A stretch of DNA of 64,000 nucleotides from an uncultured Lentisphaeria bacterium (GCA_905197955.1 CAJKAR010000018.1:16374-80373), one strand, 5' to 3'. Counted from the first letter of the stretch, positions 8,737 to 19,169 are shown. Numbers and translations are program-made. Notes: a model not told the origin generated them from the sequence alone.

Positions 8737-10051
8737 AAAACATCCGGCATGGTGCGCCGTTTTCCAAATGGCGCATCTTCTGTTTGCCGGTCTTCTCCTC
8801 TGGTCACTTCCGCTTTTCGCCGAGGACGGCGGAACGGAACAGGATCCGCTTCGAGCCAAAGCCGCAGAAGGCAATAAAATCGCCATGTTCAAACTCGGCG
8901 ATGAATATTTTTACGGAACAAAAACGCGTCTTCCGAATCCGACTCTCGCCGCCTACTGGTACAAAAAAGCCGCCGATGCCGGTCTTCCGGAAGCCATGTT
9001 CAATTATGCCGTTTGTCTGGAACGCGGAACCGGAGTCGAGAAAAACCGATTCGAAGCCTATGACTGGATGAAAAAAGCCGCTGATGCCGGGGTCAAAATG
9101 GCCCGCTTCCAGCTGGCGATGACAGATCTTTACGGCATCCCCGAAGACAAGGAACGGGGACTTCCCGCGAAACCGCCCCTTGCAACTTACGCTCTTTCCC
9201 AGCTGGAACAACTCGCCGAGGAACAGTTCATTCCGGCGGAAACCGTTCTGGCGGAACTGCTTCTCCGTCAGAACAATGCAAATTCGGTTGCAAAAGCGGT
9301 TCAAATTCTGGAACGGCTCATTGCTCTGAAGGATCCTCCACCCGCGGCTCTGCGGATGATGGCGGACTGCAAATACGCAGGGGTCGGAGTCAAACGCGAT
9401 CCGGAAGAGATGATCCGTCTGCTCCGCCAGGCCGCCCGACAGGGCGATGCAGAAGCGCTCGGAAAACTGGCGTTCTGCTATGAATACGGCAGAGGAGTCG
9501 GTGCGGATCTGAAAAAGGCCTTCGGGCTCTACCGGGTTTCAGCGGAACGTGGCAATGCGATGTCGCAGTTCAAATATGCTGAATTCATCGCAAACGGCAC
9601 TATTTCGAAGGAGCCCGATATTCACACGGCACTCCCCTGGTACCGGAAAGCCGCCGAACAGAAAAATCCGCAGGCGCTTTTCAAACTCGGAGTCTTCTCT
9701 CTGGAAGGGATCGGCATGAAGAAGGATACGCATCAGGCGGCACAGCTTTTCTTTGAATCGGCGACAAGGGGATATCCACGTGCACAGTACAATCTGGGCT
9801 GTCTTTATGCGGCGGGAGAAGGCGGACTCGTCAAAGATGAGAGCGCGGCCGTCTACTGGTTCTCGCTTGCGGCAAAAGGAGGAGATGCGGTCGCTCAGCG
9901 TGCTCTGGCTCTCCGTTATCTGGAAGGACGCGGTGTCACCCGAAGCATCACAAAAGGCGAGGAGTGGCTGATGAAAGCCGCGCAAAACGGAGACTTCGAA
10001 GCTGGGGAACTCCTCCGAAGACGCGGTCTTGCTGCGCCTTCCCTCTGGTAA
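8714..10051 (+). CDS. secreted Sel1-repeat (SLR/TPR-like) protein
   Basis: At least 8 Sel1 repeats of the form A..WY.KAA..G...A...LG.CY..G.GV. Signal peptide around MAHLLFAGLLLWSLPLFAEDG. The start is ambiguous (8714 or 8768). The 8540 ORF extension overlaps the AsnC-like gene and is rejected. Confidence 0.8.
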   Translation: MRNSFFSKKHPAWCAVFQMAHLLFAGLLLWSLPLFAEDGGTEQDPLRAKAAEGNKIAMFKLGDEYFYGTKTRLPNPTLAAYWYKKAADAGLPEAMFNYAVCLERGTGVEKNRFEAYDWMKKAADAGVKMARFQLAMTDLYGIPEDKERGLPAKPPLATYALSQLEQLAEEQFIPAETVLAELLLRQNNANSVAKAVQILERLIALKDPPPAALRMMADCKYAGVGVKRDPEEMIRLLRQAARQGDAEALGKLAFCYEYGRGVGADLKKAFGLYRVSAERGNAMSQFKYAEFIANGTISKEPDIHTALPWYRKAAEQKNPQALFKLGVFSLEGIGMKKDTHQAAQLFFESATRGYPRAQYNLGCLYAAGEGGLVKDESAAVYWFSLAAKGGDAVAQRALALRYLEGRGVTRSITKGEEWLMKAAQNGDFEAGELLRRRGLAAPSLW

Positions 10052-10065
10052 ATCCGCTGGTCCTG

Positions 10066-10109
10066 AAAAAAAATTCCCGCGTCAATCGTCGGAAAACGAT
10101 CCGCGGGAA
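10066..10109 (-). terminator. terminator hairpin between convergent genes, canonical on the minus strand
   Basis: TTCCCGCG (10074-10081) pairs with CGCGGGAA (10102-10109), with an inner stem ATCGT/ACGAT. On the minus strand the hairpin is followed by T8 (plus-strand A8 at 10066-10073). Confidence 0.75.
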
Positions 10110-10140
10110 CTTCTTCTCATGCCAGCTGAATGCGCAGCGT

Positions 10141-11616
10141 TCAGACCTCCTCCTCATTATCAAAGAAGGTGTAGGGCAGCCATTGTCTGTCAAGAGTGCC
10201 AGCCACCCCCATGACCCAGTAGATGTTCTCATCCGGCTCATTCGGAGCAACTCCGACGACCAGGGTATGGACGCCCGCCTCGACTTCCACATCGACATAC
10301 TGATTCAGCGGAACCGAGGAATAGGAAGGCGACATCCATCCGCCATCGCGCCCGAACGCAAATTCGCCGTCGAGCCAGACTCTGGAAACCGCATTGGTAT
10401 TAAAGATCACACGCACCTGCTTGCGTTCCTCGATCTTGAACTCAAATTCCATCATATAGAGCGAGTTTGCCGGCACCTCATAGGAATCCAGATAGTTGAA
10501 GCAGCCTGGAAAGGTATAGGAAGTCTTGATGCATTCCATATCCGGCGGGGTCCGCCGCTCGTCCAGACGCGACCACTTGCGGAACACTCCGCATTTGACC
10601 GGAATCAAATACTGTTCCCAATCCGGTTCATCCGCTGCAAGCGGCTCGCCAAGAACCACCTGTTCCGAAAGCTCAAGAAGCGTTTCAATGAAGACATCAA
10701 GAGTCGGCGGCGGATCCTCTACATCCACAATATTTTCGCTGAGAACAAGACGATGCGGAAGGTCAGCCAGCCATTTTTCTGGAATCTCTTCCGGATTCAG
10801 CAGTCCGAGGATCTCTCCGACAATCGCCGCATTCGCCGCCGTATTCTTCGCACAGTTTGCCGCAATCAGCACCGATCGTTCAAAGTCCCCCTCCCCAAGC
10901 AGAAGCGCCGCAACAATAAATCCGAAATTCATCACGGTATCCGTGAGATTCTCACATTCATATTTGGCAAGCAGTGCGGACCGCACCTCCATCCAGTCAT
11001 TTTTCTCTGCGCAGAACGCACGCGCATCCGCGATCACCGCCGCCAGACGACAATCCTTCGGAATAAAGGATAAGCCGATCTCCAGCAGTTTGTTCATATC
11101 ATTTTCAATAAATGCGGCGCTTTCCAGAGCCGCGATGAACAACGCCGCATAGATTCCATCGGAATCATGATCGACACACGCATCCTCGTAAGCGAGCTGA
11201 GCGGCGAGTTCGCACTTGGTCGGAGCCAGCCATGCCCACAGACCGGCACGATGAGCTGCACCGAATCCGTCGCAATAAAAATTATCAAAACTACCGGACC
11301 ACGGCGGCATGATGTTGTTCTTCAAATTCCGCAGAGCCACCGCATACTCGTTCTCCGAATACCGGACGTGATCCAGCCAGCACTGGGCAAAAAGATCACG
11401 ATCTGCCACCGGACCGACCGGCAGCTTTCTCAGAACTCTCATCCAGAGAATCTGAAAATCCAGATTACAGAGGGATTCATTTTCACCAGGAGCAGGATCG
11501 TAAAACGTCAGATCCATGGGATCGTTCATGCCGATAAAGGGACGACCGAGCGCCTCCCCGACACCTCTGCCGAGCAGACACCCCCTCAATTTCCGTTTCA
11601 AATAATCCTTATCCAT
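10141..11616 (-). CDS. ADP-ribosylglycohydrolase family protein with an extra ~150-aa C-terminal beta-sandwich-like domain
   Basis: N-terminal LRGCLLGRGVGEALGRPF matches the G-D/E-A-L-G signature, with later DSDGIYAALFIAALESAAF. The ATG at 11616 has a GGGG SD 6-8 nt upstream, and I prefer it to the GTG at 11625. Confidence 0.8.
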   Translation of the reverse strand: MDKDYLKRKLRGCLLGRGVGEALGRPFIGMNDPMDLTFYDPAPGENESLCNLDFQILWMRVLRKLPVGPVADRDLFAQCWLDHVRYSENEYAVALRNLKNNIMPPWSGSFDNFYCDGFGAAHRAGLWAWLAPTKCELAAQLAYEDACVDHDSDGIYAALFIAALESAAFIENDMNKLLEIGLSFIPKDCRLAAVIADARAFCAEKNDWMEVRSALLAKYECENLTDTVMNFGFIVAALLLGEGDFERSVLIAANCAKNTAANAAIVGEILGLLNPEEIPEKWLADLPHRLVLSENIVDVEDPPPTLDVFIETLLELSEQVVLGEPLAADEPDWEQYLIPVKCGVFRKWSRLDERRTPPDMECIKTSYTFPGCFNYLDSYEVPANSLYMMEFEFKIEERKQVRVIFNTNAVSRVWLDGEFAFGRDGGWMSPSYSSVPLNQYVDVEVEAGVHTLVVGVAPNEPDENIYWVMGVAGTLDRQWLPYTFFDNEEEV

Positions 11617-11752
11617 ATAAAACACCCCACTGTTTTATTAAAAATGAACTGAAATTCTTTTTTGAGCAAAAATGCAAAACACTCTTCCAAACCGCAAACA
11701 GAAAACAGATTCCGCCTTCTCTTCCCAGGCTCCGATGCAGATCACGAAACGC

Positions 11753-11801
11753 AGAAAAAGATCCGAGTTTTTCTCCGGATGGTTCCTCTTCTCCGGGAAC
11801 C
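11753..11801 (-). terminator. tandem hairpins plus U-tract inside the long leader; candidate attenuator or sRNA terminator
   Basis: Read on the minus strand: GGUUCC-CGGAGAAGA-GGAACC, then AUCCGGAG-AAAAA-CUCGGAU, then CUUUUUCU. Located about 140 nt upstream of the ATG at 11616. Confidence 0.4.
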
Positions 11802-11936
11802 TCAGATTCCGCAGCAATACTGGAGAACGCGGCCTGAAAACCGCGGCAATGACATTCCGATATGGACTTCGTTCCGACAAGGATTGCGTTCAAATTCATT
11901 CAACTGTCCCCTGTTGCAAACGCTCTCTCAAAGTCT

Positions 11937-11964
11937 AGAATAACACAACAACCTGAAATGTCAA
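11937..11964 (-). promoter_or_regulatory. sigma70-like promoter on the minus strand
   Basis: Minus strand reads TTGACA (11964-11959), a 16-nt spacer, then TATTCT (11942-11937). Confidence 0.45.
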
Positions 11965-12020
11965 ATCCAAATCAATACATTCTTTCAAAGAAAAAGAGAT
12001 TTTCAAACATTTTATAAGGG

Positions 12021-12057
12021 AGAAAACGCCGTTGAGCCTTCCGGCGCGGCGTTTTTC
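12021..12057 (-). terminator. terminator of the SEDS-ygiQ-PPC operon
   Basis: AAAACGCCG (12023-12031) pairs with CGGCGTTTT (12047-12055). The minus-strand reading gives a hairpin that ends in UUUU. Lies about 30 nt downstream of the stop at 12085. Confidence 0.5.
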
Positions 12058-12084
12058 CCGAACTGTGGATTCCGGAAAACGGAA

Positions 12085-13764
12085 TCAGGCAAGAGTCAGA
12101 AGATCCCGTGCATTGCCGCTGAACTCGTTCTGAGCGGAAAGTCCCGCAGAGGCGGATGCTCCGTACACGACAGGAGAATTCGGAGTAATCAGGACATCGT
12201 AATCCGTATTCTTCTTTCCTTTGCCATGGTCGGCGGAAGAAATTTCCAAATAGATCCGGTCTCCGGTCTGCACTTTGAGACGGTCGAAATCAAGAACGGT
12301 GGACTCTCCGGTCTTCAGGGTATCGAGCGTCTTGTAAGACTTGCCATTGTAAAGGGTGATCTTCAAGGTAGCCATTCCCTTGTCGCCGTTGAAGGAGAAG
12401 GTGTACTTGTCATTCCGTTCCGCGGGAACGACGAAAAAGAAATGATCCTCGCTGTCGCCGAATCCGACCCAGTCGTCTCGAACTCCGCCATCCTCAAGCA
12501 GGATTTCCTGCGCTGTGACGCGGGTATTATTGGAACCGTCATCGGCTTTCACAAAGAGTTCGCCCGCCATGGAGCCGAGAGCGTAGTCCGTATTTTTTCC
12601 ACTTTTCCAGCTCGGGGCTTCCACCGCGATGTAATAGGTGCCGCGATCCAGAAGCAGCGGTTTTTTCAGGGTTGTCGAACTACCTTTGGTCGGAGTGTAG
12701 GAGATGGACCCCAGCGATTTCTTCTTTCCCGTGCCGCTGATGGTGTAAACACTCATCTTCACTTTGTTCTGAAGATTCTGAATACTGAAATTGTAATACC
12801 CCGGAGTGGTGATATTGATGCGGATCCAGTCGACCGAATCGCCGAATCCGACCCATTCATCGGAAAGGAAGGTTTCCGCGGCACCGCCAATCGAAAATTC
12901 CCGAACCCCCGGATCACTCCAGTTGTCATCCGCATAGTTCGCTTTCGAGTAGGAGGTGCCATCCACATGGACGGCATAATCGGTGTTCCGTCCTTTTTTC
13001 CAGTCCACGGCCTCGATGGTCACATAATACTCTCCCGAGTCCATGAGAAGCTCTTTGGTTCCCTTCTTCTGATTGCCCGCAGCGGTTATGGAGGTCATCT
13101 TCTTCACTTTTTCAGAACCGTCCTTGTTGTATGTGACCGAATAGACGGTCAGACGGACCTTGTTCGTAATATCCGAAAGGAAGAAACGATACGCTCCGGG
13201 CGAATTCAACTCGATCCGGCGGCAGTCGATCGTATCGCCATAGCCGACCCACTCATTCGAAATAAGATCACCGGAACCGTTCACCTCCAAGGTATAGGCA
13301 TCCGGGAGGGCATTGTTTTTAAATTCGTCGTCCTCGTTATTGCCTTTTGTGAAGAGGTCCGCAATCACACCGATATTATAATCGGTTCCGCCGTATTTGG
13401 TTCCCTTGTATTCGATTTTCAGGTAGTAGTGGCCGGGATCCAGCAGGACATTTTTGGTATCTTTGGATTTGCCGGTTGAAATGGAGGTCAGCTTTTTCAG
13501 CGGAGAGGAGGGATTTTCCGGATCTTTCCGCTCATAAACTGTCAGAGTCAGCTTCTGGGAGAGGTTCGAAACATTGAAGAAGAAGGAACCGGGATCGTCG
13601 ATAATGAACTCCCGGTAATCCACCCGGTCCTCGTAGCCGACCCATTCGGAGTTCACGATATTGCCGGATTCCGTAATTTTAAAACGGTATTCTTCGGGCA
13701 GAGTGCGATAATCGTCATCAAGATGACTTTTCGGATTTGAAGACGGAGGAATCTGCATAGCCAT
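12085..13764 (-). CDS. protein made of four tandem ~135-aa PPC-like (pre-peptidase C-terminal type) beta-sandwich repeats, with no signal peptide
   Basis: Four repeats share the pattern (E/D)WVG(Y/F)(G/E)D..D...(I/F)....PG.Y.F........K..(L/M).VY ... G.YY(L/V/I).(I/V)E........TDY. The ATG at 13764 has an AGGTGA SD that overlaps the ygiQ stop. The GTG at 13773 in the ORF track is less likely. Confidence 0.75.
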   Translation of the reverse strand: MAMQIPPSSNPKSHLDDDYRTLPEEYRFKITESGNIVNSEWVGYEDRVDYREFIIDDPGSFFFNVSNLSQKLTLTVYERKDPENPSSPLKKLTSISTGKSKDTKNVLLDPGHYYLKIEYKGTKYGGTDYNIGVIADLFTKGNNEDDEFKNNALPDAYTLEVNGSGDLISNEWVGYGDTIDCRRIELNSPGAYRFFLSDITNKVRLTVYSVTYNKDGSEKVKKMTSITAAGNQKKGTKELLMDSGEYYVTIEAVDWKKGRNTDYAVHVDGTSYSKANYADDNWSDPGVREFSIGGAAETFLSDEWVGFGDSVDWIRINITTPGYYNFSIQNLQNKVKMSVYTISGTGKKKSLGSISYTPTKGSSTTLKKPLLLDRGTYYIAVEAPSWKSGKNTDYALGSMAGELFVKADDGSNNTRVTAQEILLEDGGVRDDWVGFGDSEDHFFFVVPAERNDKYTFSFNGDKGMATLKITLYNGKSYKTLDTLKTGESTVLDFDRLKVQTGDRIYLEISSADHGKGKKNTDYDVLITPNSPVVYGASASAGLSAQNEFSGNARDLLTLA

Positions 13765-13769
13765 GGAGA

Positions 13770-15509
13770 TCACCTTTTCCCTTTCCTGCTGAAATTCTGA
13801 TTCTGATATCTGGACCCGCGTTTTTTCTTCAGCATTTTAATCTGAGTCCTGCGTTCCCGCAGGCCGCGGTTGACAACGATTTCCTCTCCTGTATACGGAT
13901 TGAGTCCGCTGTAATACATGGCAGCCCCCATTGTCATGGGCAGAGGAATATAATCCTGAACCTGCTGAGGACTCCAGTGATGCTTTTCCAGGAAGTCATC
14001 CACAACCTTCATTTCGGACTCGGTGCAGCCGGGGAAGTTCGAAATGAAAAGCGGGATCAGATACTGTTCCTTGTGCGCTTCGCGACAGCAGCGTTCGAAC
14101 AGCTTCATAAAGGCCTCCAGTTCGCCGGGCTGTCCTTTCCGCATCAGGTTCAGCACACGCGGGTGCAGATGCTCCGGAGCAACCTTCAGGTGACCGGAAA
14201 CATGATGCCGGATGATCTCTTCCGTCAGTTCGGGCTGGCGAAGAGCAAGATCCAGGCGCATTCCCGAATTCAGAAACACTTTCCGCACACCGGGAGTCGA
14301 ACGGAGTCTGCGCAGAAGATTCTGAAGCACGGAACCGTCCGGGACATAGTTTTTGCACGGTTTCGGCCACATGCAGGAGACCCGGTGACATTTTTCACAC
14401 ATGGAATGATCCGCAATCCGGTTGCCGAAAATATTCGACGCCGCACCGCCGATGTCACTGACGATCCCGTTGTATCCCGGCAGCTTCTTCAGCCGTTCAA
14501 CGCTCCTCATCACGGATTCCGGAGAACGGGACACCAGATGCCGCGTCTGATGCGCCACCAGTCCGCAGAACGCACAGCCGCCGGGACATCCGCGGACCGC
14601 CGGAATCGAAAATTTCACCGTCTCATACGCCGGCACCGGTTCCTTGTAGCTCGGATGCGGTCCCATCCCGTAGGGCAGTTCGCAGACATGATCGAACTCC
14701 TCCTGGCTCAGCGGCGGATTCGGACGTTCCAGAACCAGAAGCCGATCCCCGTAGCGCTGAACCAGACGCCGGCCGCACCACGGATTCATCTCCGCCTCAA
14801 TCGTAATGGTCTGTTCGACCAGAGCCTTTTTATCACTGCAAATCCGGTCATAGTCGGGCAGCACGGCGCATCCGGAAAGATCGAACTCCCGGGAAGCACG
14901 GCCGCCGAGAAGAAGCGCGGTTCCCGGAATTCCTTCAAGCGGACGTCCGTCGCGAATCCGGGTATAGACCTCCAGAGAAGCCGTCTCCCCCATGCCGAAA
15001 ATCAGAATGTCCGCCTTGGAATCGACCAGAACCGAAGGATGCATCTTATCCTGCCAGTAATCGTAATGCGCCACGCGGCGGAGACTTGCCTCCGTTCCGC
15101 CCAGAACCGTCTTCACCCCTGGAAACGCACGCTTTGTCAGCTGCGTGTACACCACCGATGCCAGCGGCGGACGAAGTCCGGTTTTGCCGCCGGGCGAATA
15201 CATGTCATCTTTCCGCAGACGCCGGCCGGCCGTGTAAATGCAGACCATCGAATCCATATTTCCCGAGGAGATGCCGCACGCGATATTCGGCCGTCCCATC
15301 GCCTTCAGCGATTCGGGATCCCTCCAGTCCGGCTGCGCCGCGATCCCGACCCGGAACCCCTTGTCCAGCAGATACCGTCCGATCACCGCGGTGCCGAACG
15401 AAGGATGCTCCACATACGCATCCCCGGTTACCAGCAGAATATCAATCGAATCCCACCCAAGCGCCTCCATCTCCTTCCGGGACATCGGCAGAAATTTCAC
15501 TTCCTTCAT
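13770..15509 (-). CDS. ygiQ: YgiQ family (UPF0313) radical SAM protein
   Basis: N-terminus FLPMSRKEMEALGWDSIDILLVTGDAYVEHPSFG is close to E. coli YgiQ as I recall it. CX3CX2C radical-SAM cluster motif (GCPGGCAFCG). Lys/Arg-rich C-terminal tail. Confidence 0.9.
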   Translation of the reverse strand: MKEVKFLPMSRKEMEALGWDSIDILLVTGDAYVEHPSFGTAVIGRYLLDKGFRVGIAAQPDWRDPESLKAMGRPNIACGISSGNMDSMVCIYTAGRRLRKDDMYSPGGKTGLRPPLASVVYTQLTKRAFPGVKTVLGGTEASLRRVAHYDYWQDKMHPSVLVDSKADILIFGMGETASLEVYTRIRDGRPLEGIPGTALLLGGRASREFDLSGCAVLPDYDRICSDKKALVEQTITIEAEMNPWCGRRLVQRYGDRLLVLERPNPPLSQEEFDHVCELPYGMGPHPSYKEPVPAYETVKFSIPAVRGCPGGCAFCGLVAHQTRHLVSRSPESVMRSVERLKKLPGYNGIVSDIGGAASNIFGNRIADHSMCEKCHRVSCMWPKPCKNYVPDGSVLQNLLRRLRSTPGVRKVFLNSGMRLDLALRQPELTEEIIRHHVSGHLKVAPEHLHPRVLNLMRKGQPGELEAFMKLFERCCREAHKEQYLIPLFISNFPGCTESEMKVVDDFLEKHHWSPQQVQDYIPLPMTMGAAMYYSGLNPYTGEEIVVNRGLRERRTQIKMLKKKRGSRYQNQNFSRKGKR

Positions 15510-15515
15510 CTCACG

Positions 15516-16685
15516 TCACTCCTCACTGTTTCTGTTGCGTCGGACGTAAACGGACTGCACAATCCCCAGATAGGACAGCGACGCCAGCATGAATGTTCCT
15601 CCGTAACTGACCAGCGGAAGCGGCTGTCCCGTCACCGGCATCAGACGGATGCTCATGCCGATATTGACGATCGAATGCATCGCAAACACCGTCCCGACTC
15701 CCACACACAAATATCGCCCGAACTCATCCGGCGCATTCAGCGCCGTCCGGAAAATCGAAATCATCAGCAGCACATACATCAGAAGAAGAAAGGAGGCTCC
15801 GAGAAAACCGGTCTCCTCCGCAATCACCGGAAAAATAAAATCGGAATTCGAAACCGTCTGCGGCAGATACCCCAGCATGCTCTGCGTTCCCTGCATGAAT
15901 CCTTTTCCGGTCAGCCGTCCGCTCCCCACCGCCATCTCCGACTGACGCTGATTCCAGCCTTTGTTCAGCGGATCCAGATCCGGATTCAGAAACACACGGA
16001 TCCGATCCCGGTGATACGGTCTCAGCAGTCCGTAGTACCCCACCGGCGCACAGATCGAAATCACAATCAGTCCGATCAGCAGATATTTCCATTTGAAACC
16101 CGCACAGAAAACAATCGCAAACGCGCACATGCAGAGAGTCAGCGTCATACTCAGATTCGGCTGTTTCAGAATCAGCACCGCGCAGGGCGCCAGCAGACCG
16201 ACCAGCAAAAGCAGCGTTTTCCAGTTGTTGACCGGAAAACGCTTCAATGACAACAGCCACGAAACCAGAAGAATCACCGCCAGTTTCGCAATCTCCGCCG
16301 GCTGCACGCTCACTCCGGCGATATCCAGCCAGCGACGCGCTCCGAACCGCAGCACTCCGATCCCCTTCACCAGCACCAGTGCCAGAAGCACCAGCGCCAC
16401 CGCGTACAGAAGAATCGAGGCGGGTCCCAGATATTTATAATTGAAAAAAGAAAAAAACAGCCAGAGGCACAATCCGATCGAAACCCATATGATCTGCCGC
16501 TTCCAGAAAACCTCGGCATGAACCCCTCCGACCTGCTGGCCGGTCCCGTAAACAAAGATGATCCCAAAGGCCAGCAGCACCAGCATCGGGATCAGCTGCA
16601 GCGGATCAAAATGCGAGAAGAATGACCGGAGAGCTGAACTCACCGGAGAAGTTTCCGACACTCTTTTATCATGAATCAACGGCAT
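15516..16685 (-). CDS. SEDS family peptidoglycan glycosyltransferase (RodA/FtsW)
   Basis: 389 aa with about 10 TM segments. Conserved SEDS blocks (QPAEIAKLAVILLV, SDFIFPVIAEETGF, PVTGQPLPLVSYGG). RodA and FtsW cannot be told apart here. The stop is 6 nt from the ygiQ start. Confidence 0.85.
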   Translation of the reverse strand: MPLIHDKRVSETSPVSSALRSFFSHFDPLQLIPMLVLLAFGIIFVYGTGQQVGGVHAEVFWKRQIIWVSIGLCLWLFFSFFNYKYLGPASILLYAVALVLLALVLVKGIGVLRFGARRWLDIAGVSVQPAEIAKLAVILLVSWLLSLKRFPVNNWKTLLLLVGLLAPCAVLILKQPNLSMTLTLCMCAFAIVFCAGFKWKYLLIGLIVISICAPVGYYGLLRPYHRDRIRVFLNPDLDPLNKGWNQRQSEMAVGSGRLTGKGFMQGTQSMLGYLPQTVSNSDFIFPVIAEETGFLGASFLLLMYVLLMISIFRTALNAPDEFGRYLCVGVGTVFAMHSIVNIGMSIRLMPVTGQPLPLVSYGGTFMLASLSYLGIVQSVYVRRNRNSEE

Positions 16686-16810
16686 CTTTGTCCAAATACT
16701 CTACTGCTGAAAATGCAAACCGGCAGAAACTTCCACTGCAAAAAAAACACAAAAGCACCCGATGTTTTCAGGCGGATCTTTGAAATCCGCCCGAATCCCC
16801 GGTCCGGAAC

Positions 16811-18190
<1,380 letters not shown>

Positions 18191-18256
18191 TCAAACTTTT
18201 TTCCGGAAATTCAGAAAAAATCCCACCCTGGAGCTCACGCCCGACGCAGGAACATG

Positions 18257-19072
18257 TCACAACGCCACTGAAAGATGTCCCCGCTTCCCATCCACATCGG
18301 TGTGGTCGATCCGGAGACGTCCATCGGAAATCGCTATGGAATTCACATGCTTGTCTCTTCCGACCGCGATCTTTTCCTTCACCTTCCCGTCCTTCCACAC
18401 GACAATCATCCGATACGGCAGCTTTCCGGCGGGACTGCACACGATTTCCCCCGCAAGCAGATCCCCCGAAGCCAGACACAGCTCCGGCGACAATTTGAAT
18501 ATATCGCGTTCCCCCTCCCGGAACTCTCCACGGTACCGGCCGTTCTGAAAACGCCGTTCGATCCGATCCATTCCGGTAAACGACAGATCCTTCATTTGCC
18601 GGAACGCCTCCCGCGCCTCCGGTGACGCATTCAGATACTGAAGACGATCATACAACAACGTTCCCGCCCGCATGGAAAGATCAAACGCCGCAAGACTCCC
18701 TCCCTCATAATCCGAAGGCTCCTTCAACGTGCGGAAATATTCCTCCTCCCACTGTTTCTGCTCCAGAATTGCCTCCTCCCGCCGCTCCTCCGGCAGAGAA
18801 TTCAGGTAATCCCGGAAAAAGGCGTACAGTTCCGCCTGTCGCAGAGTCGTTCCGGCGGCAGCGCAGAGATTCATATCGGTCTGTGTCCGGACGCGCTGGA
18901 GCATTTCATCCATATATTCCGCTCCGTGGCGGCAGGCTTCCGGTTCGAACAGCGGTTCCGGCATCGGCATCTCCTCCCGGCTCTCCGGCAGAGCGATCCC
19001 GATCAGAACTCCCGCCGCAAACAGGCATACCCCGCAGGCTCCGGCAACAATCATCATGGTTCTTTTGTTCAT
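18257..19072 (-). CDS. membrane-anchored protein with a DUF1311 (LprI-like) N-terminal region
   Basis: N-terminal TM helix (MMIVAGACGVCLFAAGVLIGIAL). The pattern C..T..M..C......L...Y......Q..W resembles lysozyme-inhibitor LprI/DUF1311. The C-terminal half is unassigned. Confidence 0.5.
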   Translation of the reverse strand: MNKRTMMIVAGACGVCLFAAGVLIGIALPESREEMPMPEPLFEPEACRHGAEYMDEMLQRVRTQTDMNLCAAAGTTLRQAELYAFFRDYLNSLPEERREEAILEQKQWEEEYFRTLKEPSDYEGGSLAAFDLSMRAGTLLYDRLQYLNASPEAREAFRQMKDLSFTGMDRIERRFQNGRYRGEFREGERDIFKLSPELCLASGDLLAGEIVCSPAGKLPYRMIVVWKDGKVKEKIAVGRDKHVNSIAISDGRLRIDHTDVDGKRGHLSVAL

Positions 19073-19169
19073 GATTCAAACACTCCCCGTATTTTCATCC
19101 ATCCGCCGGAGATCCGCTGCGGACCTGGCAGATCGGAATGATCGCAGGAAAAATCCGTGAAACGGGTCA

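Noticed and set aside
11662-11943. Small ORFs in the 459-bp spacer: 93 aa and 88 aa on the plus strand, 96 aa and 80 aa on the minus strand.
   Set aside because: They overlap each other in several frames, have no SD, have odd composition and match no motif. The region is better explained as a promoter plus a structured leader or sRNA.
13977-16250. 757-aa ORF on the plus strand, opposite ygiQ and the SEDS gene. Similar very long antisense ORFs occur at 23888..25822, 26365..28044, 27917..29854, 30098..31714, 40597..42045, 49813..51513, 54615..56159, 60609..61961 and 61745..63799.
   Set aside because: Their translations are Arg/Gly/Pro/His-rich and low in complexity, with no recognisable motifs. 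The opposite strand carries clear family signatures. Long stop-free antisense frames are an expected by-product of the GC-rich third-position codon bias seen here.
16771-16791. Hairpin GGCGGAT/ATCCGCC downstream of purA, considered as a terminator.
   Set aside because: The stem is only 7 bp, and the U-rich stretch on the minus strand comes only after a ~20-nt gap. It is possibly functional, but not convincing enough to list as a feature.
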